From Pseudomonadota bacterium (GTDB taxonomy: Bacteria > Myxococcota > JACRCW01 > JAFGSX01), in NCBI GenBank assembly GCA_043821645.1, contig JBDRCO010000111.1:64001-128000 (forward strand): a stretch of DNA of 64,000 bases, in the 5' to 3' direction. This document shows positions 17,881 through 24,938 of this stretch, piece by piece. Below the pieces are notes generated by a model, which made no database searches, was not told where the DNA came from, and worked only from the letters and a program-made list of their open reading frames with translations. The position numbers and the translations under genes are program-made. Within the stretch, counting starts at the first letter, position 1. The number at the start of each line of letters is the position of its first letter.

Positions 17881-19524
17881 ATGCCTCGCCTCTGCCTGCC
17901 GACCCGCGCTCTCACCGCCCTGTCCCTGGTGCTGTTGCCCTTCGCAGCCTGCGAGTGCGACGAGATCGGCGATCTGTCCGCCCTGGGCGCGCTGGAACCG
18001 GCCACCCACAACTTCGGTCCTGTGGTGAGCGGCGAGCGCTGCGTGGCGCAGATCAGCCTGCGCAATGATGGCCAGGCCGACTTGACCGTCAACGAATCCA
18101 AGTTCGTCGACAGCAGCGGCAACTTCGCCATCGACGGCATCGTGCCGGCCTTCGTCAGCGCCTTCAGCTCCGATGTGGTGGCCGTGGCCTACACCGCGGG
18201 CACGCCGGGAACCACCTCCGAGGGCGCGACCCTGTGGCTCAAGACCAATACCCCCGAGAACGACGGAGTGCTGCAGGCCGCCCTGCGAGGCACTCCCGTG
18301 GCAGGGCTGTCCGCCATGGTGGGAAGTTCCTGCGACGTCGACGGCACAGCCACCGCACCCTGCAGCGACCTCAACTTCGGGGCCACGGTGGTCGCCACCA
18401 CCAGCCCTGGCGTGCTGCGCACGGTGCGCATCCACAACGACGGAACCTCCACCATGACGGTGGTCGAGCCCGTGGTCCTGGACAATGCGGACTTCACCCT
18501 CGACAGCGCCCGCGTGCCCTCTGCCGACGGCCTGGGTGGTCTGGTCGAGGTCACCCAGTGGCCTCTGCAGCTCGAGCCCGGCAAGGGCCAGTGCGGCGTG
18601 GACTCTGGCAACGCGGTCACCTTCGTCGAGCTCAGCGTGCGCTACCTGCCCACGGATATCGGCGCCGACGCCGGGCGGCTGCGGGTCGACACCGATGCCG
18701 CTATCACACCGTCGTACGTGGAGGTCGGCCTGGTTGGCATCGGCTCGGGGGATGGCATCGCCACCGACCCGGACTTCGTGAACTTCGGCGAGGTGGCGGT
18801 GGGGCAGAGCTCGACCAAGAGCGTGCGGGTGTTCAACCTGCGGCTCGACCAGGCACGCATCAACAACAGCTGCCTCGACACCAACCGCGACGATGTCTGC
18901 GATATCGACTGCACCGCGATCAACGACCAGGCCGTGCTCAGCTGTGGCGTCGAGAAGAGCGATGGCAGCCACGAGGGCAAGGGCTTCGTGCTCGAGCCCG
19001 CCGATGCCATGGCGGGTGGTGACGACGAGCGCACCGTCAAGATTCGCTGGGCCCCGGATGCGCCTGGCGCCCTGCGCGCACAGCTCCTCCTCGACACCGT
19101 GCTTGGCGGGGGTCGGGTGTGGAAAGTGCTGGTCAACGGAGGTGTGGCGGGTACCTTCACTCCGAGCAGCGACCCGGTGGTCGTCGTCGCCAGCGGCACC
19201 CCGCTCGCCGGTCAGGCCAGCTTCACCGTGACCAACACCGGGGCGGCCCCCCTGACCATTCGCCAGGTCAACTTTGCCGGATCCAGCTCCATCACCGGGG
19301 AGTTCACCTTGACCCGCGCCGGCGACGGCAGCTTCAGTGTCAATGGCACGACGCCCTGGACGGGGACCCTGACCTTGCAGCAGAACCAGAGCGAGAGCTT
19401 CACCCTCGATTACCTGAACAGCGGTGTGGTCAACTGCGACAGCTTCGATGTGCACTGGTTCCACGACGGTGACGGCCAGGATCCCTATATCCTTGGCGTC
19501 GAGGTCGACGGCGACAACTGCTAG
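17881..19524 (+). CDS. Choice-of-anchor-D / Ig-like (ASH-type) repeat lipoprotein
   Basis: Lipobox FAAC-EC; repeated P..[ND]FG.V...N.G...L Ig modules. Confidence 0.8.
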   Translation: MPRLCLPTRALTALSLVLLPFAACECDEIGDLSALGALEPATHNFGPVVSGERCVAQISLRNDGQADLTVNESKFVDSSGNFAIDGIVPAFVSAFSSDVVAVAYTAGTPGTTSEGATLWLKTNTPENDGVLQAALRGTPVAGLSAMVGSSCDVDGTATAPCSDLNFGATVVATTSPGVLRTVRIHNDGTSTMTVVEPVVLDNADFTLDSARVPSADGLGGLVEVTQWPLQLEPGKGQCGVDSGNAVTFVELSVRYLPTDIGADAGRLRVDTDAAITPSYVEVGLVGIGSGDGIATDPDFVNFGEVAVGQSSTKSVRVFNLRLDQARINNSCLDTNRDDVCDIDCTAINDQAVLSCGVEKSDGSHEGKGFVLEPADAMAGGDDERTVKIRWAPDAPGALRAQLLLDTVLGGGRVWKVLVNGGVAGTFTPSSDPVVVVASGTPLAGQASFTVTNTGAAPLTIRQVNFAGSSSITGEFTLTRAGDGSFSVNGTTPWTGTLTLQQNQSESFTLDYLNSGVVNCDSFDVHWFHDGDGQDPYILGVEVDGDNC

Positions 19525-19808
19525 GCTCTTTTCGCCGGTATCCGAGTACCTGATGCCGTGGCCAGTGCTCAGGCGAAGGCTGGCTACCCACGCGACCTTT
19601 GTGCGTCACGATCGCCGGGCTGCGATCTCGGGTCCTCGCCCCTGCACAGGTCCGTTTCATCCCATAACAGTGGGTCGGCGCCCTGAAACGGCACCCCGTC
19701 GCGTTGAAAAGGCGTTGTTTTCCGGACTGTTGTGATCTCGCACACCAATGTCCCTGTGCCGTCGATAAGATATGTATAGGGGCGGTCGTGGTGGATTGGA
19801 GCCGGACC

Positions 19809-21821
19809 ATGCGACGCTACGCTGCATTCTTGATGACCAGTGTCCTGGGTGCCGGGCTCGGCTGCTCGCCAGCCGTGGTCACCGGGAGCAACTGCAAGAC
19901 CTCCCTGGACTGTCCAGCCAGCAAGGTCTGCGTCGACGGGCTGTGCCAGGATTCCACGCGCGTGGCCTGCACCAGCGACGCCGTGTGCCTGCCCCTGGGC
20001 GCCACCTGCATCAACGGCTTCTGCTCGACCACCTCGATGGTGGATGCGGGACCCGGGGAGGACGCGGCCAGCGGCACCGACAGCGGCACCATCGTGTCCG
20101 GGCAAGGCATCATCGCCGTGGACACCGAGCTGCCCATCGACTTCGGCGACCCTCTGTTCGGGGCGTCGGTGGTCCGGGTGCTGACCGTGCGCAATGCGGG
20201 CGACGAGCCCCTGCACATCTACCGGGTGGGCCGGGTGCCGGGCACCAGCGACGAATTCGCCCTCGATCCCGACGGTGCCGCCGCGGATTCGGTGCTCCTG
20301 CCCGAGCAGACCCTCGACGTCACCATCACCTACGTACTGGCCGATGGTGAGGCGGACATCGGCGAGCTCTTCGTGCTCAGCGACGCGGCCTCGTGCGCAC
20401 AGTTCTGTCAGGATCCGCACAACATCCGCGTGCCGCTGTATTCGGAGTTCAAGGGCGCCCGCAATCTCGACGTGACCCCGGCCAGCCACGACTTCGGTTT
20501 CGTGGTGGGCGGACAGACCAGCCTGTTTGCGCCCTTCACCCTGAGCAACGAGGGCACCCTGAGCAAGGTGCTCACCGTCGGCGACGTGCGCCTCGAGGGA
20601 ACCGATGCCTCCCACTTCGGACTGCTCTTCGATCCCTTGCCCTACTACCTGACGCCTGCGGGCAGCCAGATCGTCCGCGTGCGTTATGCGCCAGGCAACA
20701 CCGCCTTCCACACGGCCGAGCTGGTGATCGAGGCCAACAGCGACGATCCCGAGCGCCAGGTCGTGCGCGTGCCGCTCACCGGACGCTCGGTCCCCTCGGC
20801 CTCGCTGTCCGTGGCCAGCCCCCTGGACTTCGGGGTGGTCGAGGTGGGGCAGGCCTCGGTGCGGACCACCACCGTGCACAACGGTGGCGGCATGGCTGCC
20901 ACCATCACCTCGCCCGAGCGCTTCGAGTTCGGGGACCAGGGCTTCTCACTGGTCAGTCCTGTGCTGCCGCAGATCGTACAACCTGGACAGCAGGTGACCT
21001 TCACCTTGCGCTTCGCCCCGGCCAACGCCGGTGACAAGGGCGACAATCTGTTTTTGGACCACGACGCGGCTGGCTCGCCGCTCACCGTCGGCATGACAGG
21101 TCGGGGCAAGGACCCGCCCCAGGGCTACAGCAGCCTGCGCATCGAGCAGCGGTTCTCGCGGGCCCTGGCCGGGACCGGCTGCGCGTTCCAGACCAATTAC
21201 CAGAACGTGGATCTCGAGGTCGTGGCCGGCGGTGCCATCTGTGACAAGAACGCGGGCGGCTGCCAGGCCGATGTCTGTGCCTGCAATCTGGGCAGCCTGG
21301 GCAGCGCCACCTGGTCCTGCAACAACTGCGGTGGTGGTACGGCCTCGTCGGAGATCGTCTCCAACTTCGGCTCGGGCGCGGACGGCTCGCTTGACGTGCG
21401 TGCCTACTACTTCGATGCCTGCACCGCGGGCTACTTCGGGGTCTCGGGGGCGGCCTTGCAGGCCGTATGCTCCTTCCCGGGCACGCGCGAGGCCTGCTTC
21501 CCCTACGAGGTCTTCAGCCAGGCCATCTACGTCGAGCCGTGCCAGTACACGGACCACTGCATCTCCGAGAGCCTGTGCATGGTCTATGTGCCGACCCTCG
21601 CCAATCGCTGCATGTCGACGGCCGCCACCCAGGTGCGCACGATCATCTCGCTGTCCCAGGGCACGAGCGCAGATCGCACGGTGGTCTTTTGCACCGATCT
21701 GCAGAGCCTGTACGAGCGGCAGGCTGTGGCCCGGATCGAGCGCGCGGCCGGCCTGTTCAACCTGATAGGGCCCCTGGGAAGCTCGCGGGAGATCGCGCCC
21801 AGCGACCCCTGCGGTTTGTAG
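19809..21821 (+). CDS. Choice-of-anchor-D repeat lipoprotein with Cys-rich N- and C-terminal domains
   Basis: Lipobox GLGC; CxxxxDC-type modules; three DFG..RNxG Ig repeats; Cys-rich C-terminal domain. Confidence 0.8.
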   Translation: MRRYAAFLMTSVLGAGLGCSPAVVTGSNCKTSLDCPASKVCVDGLCQDSTRVACTSDAVCLPLGATCINGFCSTTSMVDAGPGEDAASGTDSGTIVSGQGIIAVDTELPIDFGDPLFGASVVRVLTVRNAGDEPLHIYRVGRVPGTSDEFALDPDGAAADSVLLPEQTLDVTITYVLADGEADIGELFVLSDAASCAQFCQDPHNIRVPLYSEFKGARNLDVTPASHDFGFVVGGQTSLFAPFTLSNEGTLSKVLTVGDVRLEGTDASHFGLLFDPLPYYLTPAGSQIVRVRYAPGNTAFHTAELVIEANSDDPERQVVRVPLTGRSVPSASLSVASPLDFGVVEVGQASVRTTTVHNGGGMAATITSPERFEFGDQGFSLVSPVLPQIVQPGQQVTFTLRFAPANAGDKGDNLFLDHDAAGSPLTVGMTGRGKDPPQGYSSLRIEQRFSRALAGTGCAFQTNYQNVDLEVVAGGAICDKNAGGCQADVCACNLGSLGSATWSCNNCGGGTASSEIVSNFGSGADGSLDVRAYYFDACTAGYFGVSGAALQAVCSFPGTREACFPYEVFSQAIYVEPCQYTDHCISESLCMVYVPTLANRCMSTAATQVRTIISLSQGTSADRTVVFCTDLQSLYERQAVARIERAAGLFNLIGPLGSSREIAPSDPCGL

Positions 21822-21851
21822 TTCCCGGTTCCCAGTTCCCAGTTCCCGGTT
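21821..21851. repeat. Tandem heptamer array (GTTCCCR)x4
   Basis: gttcccg gttccca gttccca gttcccg gtt, read directly. Confidence 0.9.
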
Positions 21852-21953
21852 GACGGAGCCCACCGCTCGCCCGGTGTTTCGTCGTCGACAGATCGCCCCG
21901 AAGCACGTTGAATCAGCACGCGGGAGGACCGGGCCTGCTCAGCTTGGACGGGC

Positions 21954-21991
21954 AACTCGGAACTCGATACTCGAAACGCAGAACCGGGAAC
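21954..21991. repeat. Degenerate heptamer array, inverted relative to 21821-21851
   Basis: aactcgg aactcga tactcga aacgcag aaccggg aac; 21982-21991 is the exact reverse complement of 21821-21830. Confidence 0.75.
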
Positions 21992-22002
21992 AAGGATCGC
22001 CA

Positions 22003-22758
22003 ATGGCACACCTCAAGGACATCGTGAGCTGGCTGGACCACGAGCTCGACGTGGAGCGGGTGCACGACGTGGCGGTCAACGGGCTGCAGGTCGAGGGCCG
22101 CAGCGAGGTTCAGCGAGTGGTCACCGGGGTCAGTGCCAACCTGGCCCTGCTGCAGGCCGCAGTCGATCGCAAGGCAGACCTGGTGGTGGTGCACCATGGC
22201 CTGGTGTGGGGTGGCATACAGCGCATCACCGGACCACTGCGTACCCGGATCCGACTCGTGCTCGAGCAGGAGCTGTCCCTGGCTGCCTACCACCTGCCTC
22301 TCGACATGCACCCCGTTCATGGCAACAACGCGGGGCTGGCAAGCAGCCTCGAGCTGCAGGACGTGCAGCCCTTTGGCCTGTACAAGGGACAGCTCATTGG
22401 CCTGCGCGGCCAGCTGGCGAAGCCACTTCCCATCGCCGAGGTGCTTGCCCGGATCCGGAGCCGGATTCACGATCAGGCCCAGCTGCTGCCTGGCGGGGAG
22501 CATCCCGTGCACCGCGTCGCGGTGTGTTCCGGCGGCGCCGCCGAGCTGGTGTGGGAGGCCATCGAGGCCGGTTGCGATCTGTTCGTGTCGGGGGAGGCCA
22601 CCGAGTTCTCGCCAGCACTGGCAGCCGAGGGTCGCATCCACGTCGTGGTCGCGGGCCACCACGCGACCGAGCGCTCGGGGGTGCAAGCGCTGGCCCGGGC
22701 GCTGCAGCAGCACTTCGGCATCCCCAGCGAATTCGTCGATATTCCTAACGCGCTGTGA
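22003..22758 (+). CDS. ybgI: Nif3-like dinuclear metal center hexameric protein (YbgI/DUF34)
   Basis: NGLQVEG, VVHHG, AYHLPLDMHPVHGNN, CSGG, AGHHATERSG. Confidence 0.93.
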   Translation: MAHLKDIVSWLDHELDVERVHDVAVNGLQVEGRSEVQRVVTGVSANLALLQAAVDRKADLVVVHHGLVWGGIQRITGPLRTRIRLVLEQELSLAAYHLPLDMHPVHGNNAGLASSLELQDVQPFGLYKGQLIGLRGQLAKPLPIAEVLARIRSRIHDQAQLLPGGEHPVHRVAVCSGGAAELVWEAIEAGCDLFVSGEATEFSPALAAEGRIHVVVAGHHATERSGVQALARALQQHFGIPSEFVDIPNAL

Positions 22759-22801
22759 CAGCGGCCGCAGCCTCCTGCAAGTGGCGAGAGCGTTCACTGG
22801 C

Positions 22802-22810
22802 TGTTATCCT
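22802..22810 (+). promoter_or_regulatory. Extended -10 element, probable leaderless transcript
   Basis: TG-t-TATCCT, then 6 nt, then ATG 22817; no SD. Confidence 0.5.
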
Positions 22811-22816
22811 GCAGCC

Positions 22817-23257
22817 ATGAACGTCGCGGCCAGAGCACTCGCACTCACCTCGCTGCTCGCCCTGGCCTGTGCACCGGGAGGCGAGGAACCCGACGATCCT
22901 CCCGTGCTCCGCCTGCGCTCGCCGCTACTGGCGCCCGTCGGGGCCCTGGTGACCTTCGACGCCAGTGCCAGCGTCGACGATCACGGTATCGTGATGTACA
23001 GCGTGCAGTTTGGTGACGGTAGCCCCGAGGCCGAGCTGTCGAGTCCGATCTTCACCCACGTGTACCGCGAGCCCGCCACCTACGAGATCGAGGTGCTGGC
23101 CCTGGACGCTCCGGGACACCGGGACGTGCTGCGGCGGAGCATCACAGCGGTCGAGCGCTACTGGCCGCCGTACTGCGACGACAACCTGCCGTGCGAATGG
23201 GGAGCTCTCTGCGATCAGGGAGAGTGTTTCATCGAGGGTGAGGCCGGCTCTCCGTGA
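22817..23257 (+). CDS. PKD-domain lipoprotein
   Basis: Lipobox LALAC; VTFDASASVDD..YSVQFGDG..HVY..PATY; short Cys-rich tail. Confidence 0.8.
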   Translation: MNVAARALALTSLLALACAPGGEEPDDPPVLRLRSPLLAPVGALVTFDASASVDDHGIVMYSVQFGDGSPEAELSSPIFTHVYREPATYEIEVLALDAPGHRDVLRRSITAVERYWPPYCDDNLPCEWGALCDQGECFIEGEAGSP

Positions 23258-23290
23258 GATCTCACCTGCCGCTGATGTGGTGACCGTGCG

Positions 23291-23995
23291 TCAGGATGCC
23301 GCGGCCGCGGCCGGGTACCACTCCAGGACCTGATCCGTGTTGGGCACGCCGGTGATCTGGGTGCGGCCGTCCCCGACGCGCACCTGACCCTCTGCAATCA
23401 GGCGGACGCCAGCCACGAAAGCCTTCTGTTGCAGCACGCTGATGCGGATACCCAGAGATTCCTCGTCGTCATCGCTCCACACCCGCAGCGCGCTCTGCAG
23501 CAGAATGCAGCCAACACCGCAGTTCTCGTCGAGAAAATGCAGGGTGCAGCCGGTGACGCGAACGCCAGCTGCCAGGGCGTCGCTCAGTGGAGTCTCTCCG
23601 GCAAAGGCAGGCAGCAGCGACGAGTGCATGCGCAACACGCGCTGGGGGAACGCCTGCACCAGCTTCGTGCCCAGGGTCGGGGAGAAGCCTGCCAGGCACA
23701 CCAGCTCGACATCGCGATTCTGCAGGGCCTCGACCAGGGCGGTCTCGTAGGCGTCCGCGCTGTCGAAGGCGTCCTCCGAGAGCACACGGGTAGTCAGTCC
23801 CTGTCCGCGAGCACGCTCGAGGAGGGGGCTTTCCTTGTGGTTGCTCAAGACCAGTTCCACCGAGGCTGCAAAGGCGTTCTGCTGGCAGGCGTCGATGAGC
23901 GCCTGCAAGGTCGCCCCGGCCCGGGACACCAGCAAGCCCAGGCGGAGCGGCGCGCTCGTGTCGCAGGGAGCTCGATCGACGGGCGACGTACTCAT
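23291..23995 (-). CDS. PurN (GAR transformylase)-fold protein lacking catalytic residues
   Basis: Colinear with PurN (LQALIDAC, VLSN, LERAR, CLAGF, HSSLLPAF, GCTLHF, ILLQ), but SGNGSN reads SRAGAT, NIHP reads RMHS and LDGGP reads CGVGC. Confidence 0.8.
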   Translation of the reverse strand: MSTSPVDRAPCDTSAPLRLGLLVSRAGATLQALIDACQQNAFAASVELVLSNHKESPLLERARGQGLTTRVLSEDAFDSADAYETALVEALQNRDVELVCLAGFSPTLGTKLVQAFPQRVLRMHSSLLPAFAGETPLSDALAAGVRVTGCTLHFLDENCGVGCILLQSALRVWSDDDEESLGIRISVLQQKAFVAGVRLIAEGQVRVGDGRTQITGVPNTDQVLEWYPAAAAAS

Positions 23996-24191
23996 GGTGG
24001 CGACCCTCGTTTCGTCCGGCTCGACAGTGGCTCGCGCCGTCGCTGCGGTCAAGACTTCGCACGCGGATCCGTCGCGGACAGCCCTCTGAAGAGCACGCGG
24101 CGTGGAAGGTCAGACTCGGCAAAACCGGGCATTCGCCGTGCGGAGGCCAGGGTGATTTACAGTGCGCCACCGCTCGCGCTAGGCTGCCGCC

Positions 24192-24905
24192 ATGGAATCT
24201 CTGGTGGTTGTCGCCTGCGCCCCAGGCCTGGAGGCCTTGACCGCGCGCTTGCAGGTTCGCTTCGAGGCAGCGGACGCTGCCGCTGCGTCCCTGGCCTTTG
24301 TCGACGCGGCCGCGGCACTGGCGCGTGGCTTCAAGCAGAGCACTGTGCCCAGTGACGGCAACCGCAAGGTGGTCTTGCTGGTGCGGCCCGGCCAGGGTGA
24401 CGAGAGCCTGGCGCGGGTGCTCGAGGGTGTGCCCGCGCGGACGGTCGAGGTGCCCGCAGACCAGGTTGATGCGGCGGTGGCCGAGGCGGTGCGCCACGAG
24501 GTGGATAGGGGCGCCCGCTCCGTGGTGGTGGCGTCGGTGTTGGCGCCAACCCTGCCTCCCTACCTCCTCGATCACGCGTTCCGGGCGCTGCTGTTTCACG
24601 ACCTGGTGGTGGGACCTGACTTCGCCGGTCATACCTACCTGCTGGGTGTGCGCCGCCCGCCGCCGTCCTTTGCCCTGGATCTGCACTGGGATCCGACGCC
24701 TGCCGTGAGTACGGTCCTGGACGCCGCCGCGCGCGGCACCAACATGACCATGCTGCCCTTCTGGTACCAGCTGGGCGATGACGCCTCGCTCGCCTGGCTG
24801 GAGACGCACTTGCGAGTTCTTCGCGGTCGCCCATGGCTGCTGGCCTCGGCCTTGCCTGACCTGGTCGAGCGGGCGAACCGCAGCGAGAGCCCACTGGCTC
24901 CCTGA
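24192..24905 (+). CDS. DUF2064 / TIGR04282-like (CofC/MobA-fold) protein, degenerate
   Basis: PTLPPYLLDHAFRALLFHDLVVGP...YLLG..LHW..LPFWY matches the family layout, but the conserved Lys/Asp motifs are absent. Confidence 0.65.
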   Translation: MESLVVVACAPGLEALTARLQVRFEAADAAAASLAFVDAAAALARGFKQSTVPSDGNRKVVLLVRPGQGDESLARVLEGVPARTVEVPADQVDAAVAEAVRHEVDRGARSVVVASVLAPTLPPYLLDHAFRALLFHDLVVGPDFAGHTYLLGVRRPPPSFALDLHWDPTPAVSTVLDAAARGTNMTMLPFWYQLGDDASLAWLETHLRVLRGRPWLLASALPDLVERANRSESPLAP

Positions 24906-24938
24906 ACGGGCCGCGTTGCCGCATCCATCGAGGGTCGC

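Noticed and set aside
21821-21991. CRISPR array
   Set aside because: Repeat units are 7 bp and contiguous, with no spacers and no cas genes.
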